This document shows, one piece after another, positions 1-11,049 of a DNA stretch of 64,000 nucleotides. The notes beneath the pieces were generated by a model, which did no database searches, was not told the origin of the DNA, and worked only from the letters and a program-made list of their open reading frames with translations. Within the stretch, counting starts at the first letter, position 1. Every line of letters begins with the position of its first letter. Both the position numbers and the translations under genes were made by a program. This DNA comes from Stegostoma tigrinum (Eukaryota): assembly GCF_030684315.1 (NCBI RefSeq), contig NC_081387.1, positions 1,778,497 to 1,842,496 of the forward strand, written 5' to 3'.

Positions 1-54
1 GAAGGATCAAACAAGCTACTCCTGCTTCTATTGTCTGTGTTTCTGTGTTAATTC

Positions 55-605
55 ACAAGATAATAACCAGCTTCAAACACACACGGTATTTACAACAGGA
101 AGTCAGAATCGACACCTCCCAGATGATTACATCTTAAAATCTAATTCAGGAATATGCCATCAACAAAACTCAGGCTGGAAATCAGAAGGGAAACGCTTCC
201 AATAAACACACTCAATATACAACACGCAGCTCCAGTCAAACAGCTCAGCACAAAGCACCGAGTAAACAGCTCTCTCAGCTGGATCTTCTCACACAGCATA
301 AGGGACATTTCCACCCCTGATTACCCACAGGACAGTCAGACTGCCTGAAGACTGGTGTGGATATTATGGGATACAATTTGTATAAAAGCTGCTCCTTCAC
401 TCACCATCTCCTCACTTGGTTTTCAGTCCCTGTAGGAAGTGAACCAGCTCTGGAAGAGGAAGAGGAGAGAATGGGCAGAGTGGGTGGGCTCTCTGATTGA
501 CGTCTCTCACAGCCAATCTGAATATTTCTGCAGCAACATGAGTTTCCTAAAGTTTGAAAAACTGACCGGTGAAATGGAGGTGACTTTCAGCAGCAGATCA
601 GGTTC
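55..605 (-). promoter_or_regulatory. ZNF promoter/exon-1 cassette, copy 1 (points out of the window)
   Basis: Homologous to 3020-3585, 30465-31465 and 37045-37725. On the - strand: CCAAT (gattgg), CRE-like gacgtca, GC/CACCC box, ETS acttcc, then ATG|GTGAGT (ATG at 405-407). TATAAAAG on + at 381-388. Confidence 0.65.
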
Positions 606-1049
606 AAAACACTCGGATGTGAACATAAGGAATAGATTCTTCACATTTTAAATGGAGTAGCTTTTTCATGTCGGTACCGTCCTTCGAACACACATGAGAA
701 GGTACAGCATGCGTTAGATAGAGTCAAACTCAGTCTAAACTACTTCTGGGCAGTTGGATTTACCCACGTCACTCATACCCGGTACGGGATCAAGACGCTC
801 TTGCTTCAGTCAATGCTGTATTACTAAATCTAATGTCATTGGAGGGCGGATGGTGTGCTGAAATAGGTAGTAAACGTTTACAGAACCAGGTGGAGATGAT
901 TCAGCTCCGCAAGACCAGTTAGAATTTGAATACATGACGGCTGATCCCTGCTAAATGTAGGAACAGCAGGAGGTCATTCAGACCCTCATGCCAATTCGAA
1001 TCTTACTGTCGTAAATCAATCAATTTAATCAATGCCTCGAAAGGGGAAT

Positions 1050-1685
1050 CGCAGGTAGACAGTGCGCTGAGTAGGCGTTTGGTACACTTGCCTTCATTGA
1101 TCAGTGCATTCAGTTTCGGCGTTGGAACGTCATATTGCGGCTGTCCATTGGTGAGGCCATTTTTAGAATAGCGCACACACTTCTGGTCTCCCCACTATAG
1201 GAAAGATTTTGTTCAGCTTGAAATAGTTTAGTAAAGCTTTACAAAGATGTTGGTGGGATTGGAGATCTTGAGCTACTGGGAGAGGCTTTTACCCTGGAGC
1301 ATTGGAGGTTGAAAAGTTACCTTTTAGAAATTCATAAAATCATGAGGGGCATAGTTGGGTGAATAGCCAAGTTCTTTTTTTCCCAGGTTAGGGGAGCCTA
1401 TAACTAGAAGGCATAATTTAAGGTGTCAGGAGAAAGATTTAAAAGGGTCTTGAAAGGCAACTTTTTCACACTAATGGTGGTGTATGTATGGTACAAGCTG
1501 CCAGAGGAGTTGGGTACAATTGCAATATTTAAAAGGCAGCTGCATAAATACATGAGTCAGAAGAATTTAGATGGATATAGGCCAAAGGCTGCCAAATGGT
1601 ATTAGATTAGTTTAGGATATCTGGTCATTGCAGACGAGTTGACTGAAGGTTATGTTTCCATGTTGTATGACTCTCTTACTCTATC
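1050..1685 (+). mobile_element. CR1-clade LINE 3' fragment, decayed
   Basis: ORF2 C-terminal motifs (LVRP.LE, FWSP, NFFT..VV..W..LP) and a gactct-type tail. Confidence 0.85.
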
Positions 1686-1945
1686 TGTGACTTTAACTGA
1701 CATTTCAAAATAGTGATTGTGCTGGGGTATTGGGAGATGACAGGATTTGTCTGGGAAGTGGTGTGGACATTATTCTGAGTGTTGTGCTAGTGTTCAGCTT
1801 GGGAGATGTATTGCATTACTTTGTATCCCTGGCAAGCAATTGGCAGAATGAGAATGGGCTGGATCAGAACTGCCCAGGTAGTTTCATCTGACAAACAGAA
1901 TGTGACGATGACTTTGAGATTTATTTCAAGGCAAACATTTTCTTT

Positions 1946-2013
1946 AACCCCAGAACTTGAACCCACAATCCTAGCTCAGGAGACTAGTGCCTTATTTACC
2001 AGGACACTGGGAC
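1946..2013 (-). pseudogene. tRNA-Arg(CCT) pseudogene
   Basis: Reverse complement GTCCCAGTGTCCTGGTAAATAAGGCACTAGTCTCCTGAGCTAGGATTGTGGGTTCAAGTTCTGGGGT aligns with vertebrate tRNA-Arg-CCT as recalled. The anticodon stem CTAGT/GCTAG around CT-CCT-GA is intact; the 3' strand of the T-stem is deleted. Confidence 0.8.
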
Positions 2014-2554
2014 TGTCCAAAATACGGATTTGGTGATTGTCAGTGGACCCTTTCTCTCCATGTAATCACTGCCAAATTTCACACCTTTTTATGTGCTGGT
2101 GGCTTCAATTCAAGCACAACCCAACTGGATCAATTCTAGGAGCGAGCTGACGAGGATCATGATTTGCATGTGAGCAATTAATGCCTCAAAGCATTATTTG
2201 TATGTGAGGAGCTATTGAAAACTTTCCTTGCTTGTCAACTGTCAGTTTCAGTGATTTTCCCGACCCTGATTCCTGGCCAACTCTGTGGTCTTGCTGTCTC
2301 AACCGGCCTCACTCTTGTCACATCAATCACAGAAAAGGCCATCTCTGATCACTTCTATGGATCACTCAGCACCCAAACCCCTCTTAAACATTCTAGCTGT
2401 ACCACCTACTGTGAACCTCCAGTAGAAATAACTATTTCACAATTCACTGACGATTGCACTGTCACAATCCTTAATGTCTCAGCCTTTCATCCTCCTTTCT
2501 CCACAACATTTCTGCAGTGGCTGATTTACTCAAAGCCAACCTCACCTCTGGATT

Positions 2555-2685
2555 TCGAGTCAGTGGATGTGAAACGTTAATTCGGTTCACTCTCCTCAAA
2601 TCTCCTCGACCTGCTGAGTTTCTCCAGCAATTTTTGTTTTTGTTTGTTTCAGGTCTCCAGAATCCACAGTTTTTATTTTGTTTTA
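2555..2685 (+). mobile_element. Penelope-like 3' terminal fragment (family B)
   Basis: gaaacgttaa...gacctgctgagtttctccagcaattt is shared with the ends at 10617-10750, 28555-28655 and 44130-44580. Confidence 0.65.
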
Positions 2686-3019
2686 AGTTTGGTGTGGGAT
2701 ACTACTCAGAGGAACTGGAGAAGTGAATAGACTGATATATCCTGGGAGAAGGGAACAGACTGAAACGTTTCAGGAGATGGGAAAGAACCAGGGCATCCTG
2801 AGAGAGGAACTGGGCAAATTAAAGGTTGAACATTACAAATTGGAGTTGCGGAGAGCTGAACTTCCACGGGAGTCGAACCTTCAACAGGGCAGTGCAGTCA
2901 GACTCAACACAGCTGAGATTCACACAGCGAGCCCCAACTCTCTCCCTGGGTCACAGAGCAATATGTCATATTTCTCTCTCCTATTCTCCTCTATCTCTTC
3001 CTGGTATACTTTCTCTCCA

Positions 3020-3585
3020 TTGCCGTGTTCTTCTGTGGGTCTTCCTCTTCTGATCTGCTGTCAAAAATATCCGAAGCTGCGCATCCGACAGTGATGTCAT
3101 TTTGAAGGCTAACAAAAATAAACAAGCTATCCCTACACTAGAAATCTCGACACCAGCTGCAATAAGTGAGTTTTTATTCACATGGGACAATGCAAGTTTA
3201 AATCTCCACCTAAACCGCTGCTCAAAATCACCTCCATTTCACCGGTCAGTTTCCCAAGCTTCAGGAAACACATGTTGCTGCAGAAATAGAGATAACAAAG
3301 TGTGAAGCTGGATGAACACAGCAGGCCAAGCAGCATCCTGAGATGCTGCTTGGCCTGCTGTGTTCATCCAGTTTCACACTTTGTTATCTTGGATTCTCCA
3401 GCATCTGCAGTTACCATAATCATGGCTGCAGAAATATTTGGATTGACTGTGAGAGACGTCAATCAGAGAGCCCACCCACTCTGCCCACTCTCTCCTCTTC
3501 CTCTTCCAGAGCTGGTTCACTTCCTGTAGGGACTGAAAACCAAGTGAGGAGATGGTGAGTGAAGGAGCAGCTTTTATACAAATTG
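3020..3585 (+). promoter_or_regulatory. ZNF promoter/exon-1 cassette, copy 2; likely first exon of the ZNF at 8452
   Basis: 3425-3585 is near-identical to the other copies. Donor ATG|GTGAGT at 3554/3555; matching acceptor ttttacag| at 7946. Confidence 0.65.
3289..3424. mobile_element. Penelope-derived mini fold-back insertion
   Basis: 48-bp stem (3290-3337/3342-3389, one G-T pair) with a 4-nt loop; 12-bp TSD gctgcagaaata at 3277-3288 and 3425-3436. Confidence 0.9.
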
Positions 3586-4324
3586 TTTTCCGGCAGCTAC
3601 TCCGAGAGTTACTGCTGGTGAGCTGAGTCAATAATCAGCAGCGAGGTTCTGGTTTGAATTCGATACGTAGAGAGGAGGTGAGTGAAATTTGATTTGAAGG
3701 AGATAAATGTGTTATGCATCGCTTTGTCCTTTTCTCGATCATTCATTCACCTCTTGTGGAACTGCAGACAGCTTGTTGAACTGGAGACTTAGCCTTGCTC
3801 ACCAAGGCTGTTATATTCAGTCTGCCTTTTGGAGAGAGGTGGCCTGGGAAATGTTCAATGAAGAATTTTGGGGAGAACACAGAATAGATTTACAGGAATA
3901 GTTTCAAGATTGAGGAATTACAATTACTTGGATAGACTGGAAAAGAGTAGAGTAGAAGAGCCAATGAGTACACTTGGTAGATATATTTAAAATCCTGATG
4001 GGCAGGAGAGTCATTGTTTGTTTAGCCACTTCAGAGTCAATCATATTGTGTGGAACTGGAGTCACATGTAGACCAGACCAGACAGTTGTAGCACTTTCCC
4101 CTCCCTGAATGACAATATCTGGGATTTTGAGGTTGTCTAAAAAGCTTGCACAATTTTGTTTTGAATTTATTCTACAAATTTCAAATGGAATGGTTGAAGT
4201 AAAGAGCAGAGATGCCTTTAAGGGAATTAAACAAGCACATGAGGGGAAAGGAACAGAAGGACTTGCTGATAGTGTGAGATGAAGAGGAGTGGAGGGAGGT
4301 TCAATAGCATAAACAACCGTATAG

Positions 4325-7300
4325 ATCAATTGCTGCAAAAGCTCAGAAGGTTTGGCAGCATCTGTAAAGAAAAAATCAGAGTTAATATTTTAGGTGTGGT
4401 GACCATTCCTCAGAACTGATGGTGGCTGGGGAAAAGTTGATTTATAAACAGAAAACAGGGAGAGAGAGATGGGGTAGGGAGTAAATGATAGCTTAGAGCC
4501 AGAAAAGAGAGAAGAGCAGTTGGATAGACATAGGAGTTGATAACAATAGACAATAGATGCTGGAGTAGGCCATTCGGCTCTTTGAGCCAGCACCACCATC
4601 CATTATGATCATGGCTGATCATCCACAATCAGTATCCTGTTCCTGCCTTATCCCCATAACCCTTGATTCCACTATCTTTAAGAACTCTATCCATCTCTTT
4701 CTTGAAAGTATCCAGAGAGTTGGCCTCCACTGCCTTCTGGGGCAGAGCATTCCATATGTCCACCACTCTCTGGGTGAAGAAGTTTTTCCTCAACTCTGTT
4801 CTAAATGGCCTACCCCTTATTTTCAAACTGTGTCCTCTGGTTCTGGATTCACCCATCAGCGGAAACATGCTTCCTGCCTCCAGAGTGTCCAATCCCTTAA
4901 TAATCTTATACGTCTCAATCAGATCCTCTCTCATCCTTCTAAACTCAAGTGTATACAAGCCCAGTCGCTCCAATCTTTCAACATATGATAGTCCCGCCAT
5001 TCTGGGAATTGACCTCGTGAACCTACGCTGCACACCCTCAATAGTAAGAATGTCCTTCCTCAAATTTGAAGACCAAAACTGCACACAATACTCCAGGTAC
5101 GGTCTCACCAGGGGCCTGTACAGCTGCAGAAGGACCTCTTTGCTCCTATACTCAATTCCTCTTGTTGTGAAGACCAGCATGCTATTAGCTGTCTTCATTG
5201 CCTGCTGACCCTGCATGCTTGCTTTCATTGACTGATGTACAAGAACACCTAGATCTCGTTGTACTTCCCTTTACCTAACTTGACTCCATTGAGATAGTAA
5301 TCTGCCTTCCTGTTCTTGCCACCAAAGTGGATAACCACACATTTATCCACATTAAACTGCATCTGTCCACTCACCTAGCCTGTCCAAGTCACCATGTATT
5401 CTCATAACATCCTCCTCAGATTTCACACTGCCACCCAGCTTTGTGTCATCAGCAAATTTGCTAATATTACTTTTAATGCCTTTATATCATTAATATTGTA
5501 AACAGCTGCGGTCCCAGCACCAAACCTTGTGGTACCCCACTGGTCACCGCCTGCCATTCAGAAAGGGACCCATTTATCACTACTCCTTGCTTCCTGTCAG
5601 CCAGCCAATTTTCAATCCAAGTCAGTATTTTGCCCCCACTACCATGTGCCCTAATTTTGTTTACCAATCTCCTATGCGGGACTTTATCAAAGGCTTTCTG
5701 AAAGTCCAGGTACACTACATCCACTGGTTCTCCCTTGTCCATCTTCATAGATACATCCTCAAAAAATTCCAGAAGATTAGTCAAGCATGACTTCCCCTTC
5801 GTAAATCCATGCTGACTCTGACCTATCCTGTTACTGCTATCCAAATGAGTCGTAATTTCATCTTTTATAATTGACTCCAGCATCTGTCCCACCACTGACG
5901 TCAGGCTAACCTGTCTATAATTCCCTGTTTTCTCTCTCCCTCCTTTCTTGAAAAGTGGGACAACATTAGCCACCCTCCAATCCGCAGGAACTGATCCTGA
6001 ATTTATAGAACATTGGAAAATGATTACCAATGCGTCCACGATTTCTAGAGCCACCTCCTTAAGTACCCTGGGATGCAGACCATCAGGTCCCGGGGACTTA
6101 TCAACCTTCAGACCTAACAGTCTATCCAAAACCATTTCCTCCCTAATATAAATTCCCTTCAGTTCATCCATTCCCCTAGCTCCTTCAGCCACTATTACAT
6201 CTGGGAGATCACTTGTGTCTTCCTTAGTGAAGACAGATCCAAAGTACCTATTCAACTGTTCTGCCATTTCCTTGTTCCCCATAATAAATTCACCCGTTTC
6301 TGACTTCAAGAGCCCAATTTTAGTCTTAACCATTTCTTTTCTTTTCACATATAAAGATCTGGCTCGAAGGGTGAATAGTTGTTCATGGACAATTTAGTGA
6401 CTAACAGTAGGTAGTGTGTAATGGCAGAGTATGTGATAGCAAGACCTGGTGTGCGGGATGGCGGAGATCAGGACATGGGAGAGTTCAGGCCCTAAAACTA
6501 TTGAACTTGATATTGACTCCAGAGGGCTGCAGAGTCACCAAGTGGAAAATGAGGTGTTGTTCTTCCAGCTTTCGTTGAGCTTCGCTGGAACACTGCAGCA
6601 AGCCAGAGGCGGAGATGTTGGCCAGGGAATAAGGTGGTGTATTAAAGGGGCAGGCAACAGGTAGCTCAGGGTCTTTTTTTGCGAGCAGAATGTGAATTTT
6701 CTGTGAAGTGGTCACCCAGTCTATGCTTTTTTTTCCCCCAATGTAGGAGACCATATTGTGAGCAGTGAGTGCATTAGAACTAGATTCTGGGAAGTGCACG
6801 TGAAGTGTTGCTTCACCTGGAAGGTATGTTTGGGCCCTTGGAAAGTGGAGCAGGAGTAGGGAAATGGACAGGTATTGTTCCTTCGCTGGTTGCAGGACAA
6901 GGTGCTGTGGGGCTGTCGGGAGGTATTCAGGATGAAGGAAGAGTAGAGCAGGGTGTCCCAGAGGGAATGGTTCCTGTGGAAGTTGTACAAGTGAGGGGAG
7001 GGGAATATGTGTCTGGTGATAGCTGTCACTGGAGGTGGCAGAAATGGCATCTGATGAAAAGGGTAAGCCTATCGTTCTGTGGGAGGGAAGAGGAGGGTGA
7101 GGGTGGAAGTGCGGGAGATGGGTCGGAGCTGGTTGAATGCCCTGTCGAATACAATGCTGGGGAATCCTCAGTTGAGGAAGAAGGTGGACATTTCAGAGGC
7201 TTCCTTCTCAGTGGACTTCATCTGAACATATGTGACAGAGACGGAGGAACTGAAAGAATGGGATGGAGTCTTGAAAGGAAGCAGGGTGTGACGATGTCTT

Positions 7301-7625
7301 GTCCGGGTAGCTGTGGGAATCAGTGAGTTTATAGTGGATATTAGTGGCCAGTTCATCCCCAGAAATGGAAACAGAGACGTCGAGGAAGGGAAGGGAGGAG
7401 TCAGAGATAGACCAGGTGGAAGTGAAGGCAGGATGGAAATTGGAAGCAAAATCGATTAACTTTTCCAATGCCAGACAAGAGTGGGAAGTAGCACTGATGA
7501 TGTCATCAATGTATTGGAGAAAGAGTTGTGGGTGGGGGCCAGAATAGGGTTGGAACAAGGAATGTTCCACATACCCCACAAAGAGACAGGCATGACTGTG
7601 GATACCCAGCCACCCCTCTGACTTG
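4325..7625 (-). mobile_element. Penelope-like retroelement (family B), decayed RT and GIY-YIG, split by a CR1
   Basis: ORF pieces YIDD, LPFLDVSV, HYKLTDSHSY, CNQRRNNTC, SYIG, KLEEQHLIFHL. The 3' end (4325-4540) resumes at ~6351 after the insert. Confidence 0.9.
4541..6350 (-). mobile_element. CR1 LINE, 5'-truncated, relatively young, nested in the Penelope
   Basis: ORFs 5482-6348 (KSPGPDG, YLDFQKAFDKVPH, GVPQG) and 4629-5228 (LVRPYLEYCVQFW, FFTQRVV); (ctattgt)n tail. Confidence 0.97.
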
Positions 7626-8451
7626 AAGAAAATGAGAGCTCATAGCGATTTACTAGCGTGTTTTACACTCTGCCCGACTTTATTGCAATGCCCTTATGGT
7701 GCCTGGGAAGATGTGGTGGGGCGGGGTAGGTCTGAGTGGAGGAGAGATATTTTATATATATATTGTCTCCTCCTGGTTCCAGACAGGTGAGGTAAAAGAA
7801 AAGACTTGCACCTGATTCCCTCCCTCAGACTGGGAATAGCAAACTGGCACTCACTGTGGAACCGTCTCGAACTAAGGAGTCAGTCCCCTACAGCAAAGGA
7901 GGAAAGGGAGTTGGAAGAAATCATGTTTCCTTTTACTGTTTTACAGAAGGACTGCACTGTGCTACACCAGAGAATACAGAGAAGATAAACATTGCAAATA
8001 GATCCTGACGATTACCCAAGGAATAACTGATGAACTGCTGGAAGACATCCAATCTCTTCATAGCCTTGCTGAACCAAGAGGCGGTTGGTCAGTGAAACCA
8101 CAATCTGGAAATTGGTCGGGTCAGAGGAACTTTGACATATCATCAGATCTGAAACTGGTCAGAGCCTTATATCAGAACCAGCCTTTCTGAAGGTTCGGCT
8201 GAGGGTGATCAGTCGGGGGAGGCTGGGAAGAAGTGTGTGTGGCTCCAAGTGTGGTGAGATCATTCATTGAGCCTTAAGAGACTTATTCCTACAAGTGAGA
8301 GGTTGAACCTCTTGTGTTTGAGGTGTACAAAGAAGGTTCACAGTTTGACAATATTTCTAGACACACAAGGTATATCTGTTGTGTAACAGTTAACACAACT
8401 GAAGCCATCTGGAAAAGAAACCAATCACAGTTTGATGCACAATCAAGGCTC

Positions 8452-9408
8452 ATGACTAACCGACGTACTCACCTGAGAGAGAAACCATTCACGTGCGAGG
8501 TCTGCAACAAAACATTCTCAGAATCCTCAAACCTCCGCAGACACCGACGCATTCACACAGGGGAGAAACCGTTCACATGTGACGTGTGTGATAAATCATT
8601 CTCGCAGTCAGAGAACCTGCTGAGACACCAACGCATCCACACAGGGGAGAAGCCATTCACTTGTGAAGTGTGTGACAAATCATTCTCAGAATCAGAAAAC
8701 CTTCGCACCCATCTACGTACACACACTGGGGAAAAACCATACACGTGTGAGGTGTGTGACAAATCATTCTCCCTCTCCTCTACCCTCCGCAAACACCAAC
8801 ACGTTCACACAAAGGAAAAACCATTCAAGTGTGAGGTGTGCAACAAATCATTCTTAGACTCTTCGACTCTCTGCTCACACCAACGCATTCACACAGAGGA
8901 AAAACCATTCACGTGTAAGGTGTGTGACAAATCATTCTCTAACTCATCAACTCTTTGCAAACACAGACGTATTCACACAGGGCAGAAACCATTCAGATGT
9001 GGATTTTGCGAGAAGGCTTTCACCAACTCCTCTGATCTGCTGAAGCACCAACACATTCACACGGGAGAAAAACCATTCACTTGCAAGGTGTGCTGTAAAT
9101 CATTCTCGGCATCATCATCCCTCCGCACACACCAACGCTTTCACACAGGGGAGAAACCATTCACGTGCAACATTTGTGAAAAGGCTTTCACCATCTCATC
9201 TGATCTCCTGAAACACCAATACATTCACACAGGAGCAAAACCATTCCCGTGCAAACTGTGTAATAAATCATTTTCACAGTCGACAAATCTCCGCAGACAC
9301 CAACGTGTTCACACAGGAGAGAAACCGTTCACATGTGAGGTGTGTGACAAATCATTCACGGAGAGATCAAATCTTCACAGACACCAGCGCATTCACACTG
9401 TGGAGTAA
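8452..9408 (+). CDS. Tandem C2H2 zinc-finger protein, 11 fingers (ZNF-A)
   Basis: Uninterrupted ORF with 11 CxxC-12-HxxxH units and TGEKP-type linkers. First in-frame ATG at 8452; the frame is open from 8314. Confidence 0.9.
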   Translation: MTNRRTHLREKPFTCEVCNKTFSESSNLRRHRRIHTGEKPFTCDVCDKSFSQSENLLRHQRIHTGEKPFTCEVCDKSFSESENLRTHLRTHTGEKPYTCEVCDKSFSLSSTLRKHQHVHTKEKPFKCEVCNKSFLDSSTLCSHQRIHTEEKPFTCKVCDKSFSNSSTLCKHRRIHTGQKPFRCGFCEKAFTNSSDLLKHQHIHTGEKPFTCKVCCKSFSASSSLRTHQRFHTGEKPFTCNICEKAFTISSDLLKHQYIHTGAKPFPCKLCNKSFSQSTNLRRHQRVHTGEKPFTCEVCDKSFTERSNLHRHQRIHTVE

Positions 9409-9599
9409 CTTTACAACTGTGAGGTTTGTAATAAAGGAAATGTGATGTCTTCAAACGTCCTAGGATATCAGAGGATTCACAAAGGGTCGGAAGTTCTTCA
9501 GGTTTGGTGTTTGCAACCAGGCTGTTACCCACTCCTCTCCCACTCTCTTTAAACATCAGATCTTACAGAGGTTAGAAACCATTCGGGTGTGTGACAACT

Positions 9600-10615
9600 G
9601 AGTGTAACTTTTAACGGAATGCTGACACTTGGGCGAGCAAAGGAGTTTTTAATCTCTGTTTAGAAATTTATTTGTATTTAACATTTAACTAACTTACTGT
9701 TTAAAGTCTAAAATTGCATCCAGCTTTAAGCCAGGATGTACAAGCTCTCTGAGACCTGTTCATTAAGTTATTTAATTAAGTGAAGTTAGTTGATTCAGAA
9801 AACTAGCTTAAAATTTCCTTTCCCTTACCTGGGGCTGAGCTAACTCACATCCAGGCATCTCAGTGTGACCTTGAATAGAGTGCTGGAAGTTAGTTGAAGA
9901 ATGGGAGAAAGTGCTGCTTTGCTTTTACTAACTTTTCACTATATAGGAATTGGTTCTAACTGAAGTACAGGGGAAGAAGCTAGCCATTCGGTGAATACTT
10001 GGTTAGTAATTCAGGACTGTTCTAATGCTATGGTTTAAATTTGTCCAGAAGAGGTGAGAAGATTAATAAATATTTCAAAGGAAACTAACTTATTAAATTA
10101 AAATCATTAAGAAGTTAATTCAAATACATTAAGGATGGGAGGACGAGTGACACGTCACAGGTGTAGCAATGTGGGAGCTGCTGGATGCCAACTTGATCCA
10201 GTGTGAACACATCACAAGAAAGTTTTTGGAAATCAAGCGGCTTTAGTTCAGGGTTTATGAGCAGGAGACAGAACTATAGAGACTGATGCATCAGGTTGGG
10301 GGAAATTTACTTGGACAGTTTATTCCAGGACACAGTCACACCTCTTAGAATATGGTCTTCTGAAAAAATTATTGGAAAAGGAAACGAAAAAGAAGATGTG
10401 ACTACAACTTAAGCGAGTAAAAAGATGAAGAGGACAAGAATGCAGGAGCTTCAGCTTTTGTAATTGTCCAAGAGGCATGAGGTTCATTCAGCACATACCA
10501 TCAGAGTGAGAGTGGATAAGCTAACTGACTGTAGCACTGTAACACGAAAAATTATTCAAGCGGAGACAGTGCAAACAGGAACATCGTGATGATAGGGGAT
10601 GGTAAAGTCAGGGAA
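9600..10615 (+). mobile_element. CR1 5' UTR and ORF1 fragment, decayed
   Basis: From ~10135, a MGG.V.C..C.MWEL-like N-terminus; a V.IGD..VRG esterase (GDS-like) motif at ~10590. Confidence 0.7.
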
Positions 10616-10616
10616 C

Positions 10617-11045
10617 AACCAAGAGAACTGCAGATGCTGTAAATCATAAACAAAAAAAAACACAAATTGCTGGAAAAGTTCAGCAGGTCTGGCAGCGTCT
10701 GTGAAGAGAAATCAGTGTTAACATTTCAGGTCTGGTAACCTTTCATCATAACTGACGGTAGTTAGGAAAATGTCGGTTTTCATGCAGAAGATAGGGTGGA
10801 GAAGGGGGTAAGGAGTAAGTGGTAGTTGGGGATAGAGCCCAAAGAGAGAAGAACAGTTGGGCAGAAAAAAGAGTGGGTAATGATCTGGCTAGGAGGGTAA
10901 ATAGCTGTTAACGGAGACTTTTAGTTGCTAACAATGGGTTGTGTGTAATAGCAGACTGTGGCTGGGGGCTGGGGCAAAGGAGAGCGCAAGCCCTAAAATT
11001 GATATTGAGTCCAGAGGGTTGCATGGTCCCCAGCGGAAAATTGGT
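10617..11045 (-). mobile_element. Penelope-like 3' end (family B)
   Basis: Colinear with 4325-4540 joined to 6351-6560. Confidence 0.8.
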
Positions 11046-11049
11046 GCCC

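Noticed and set aside
154-651. Recurrent short ORFs (STKHRVNSSLSW..., NQLWKRKRREWAEW...) in cassette copies
   Set aside because: By-products of DNA identity; starts, lengths and frames differ between copies.
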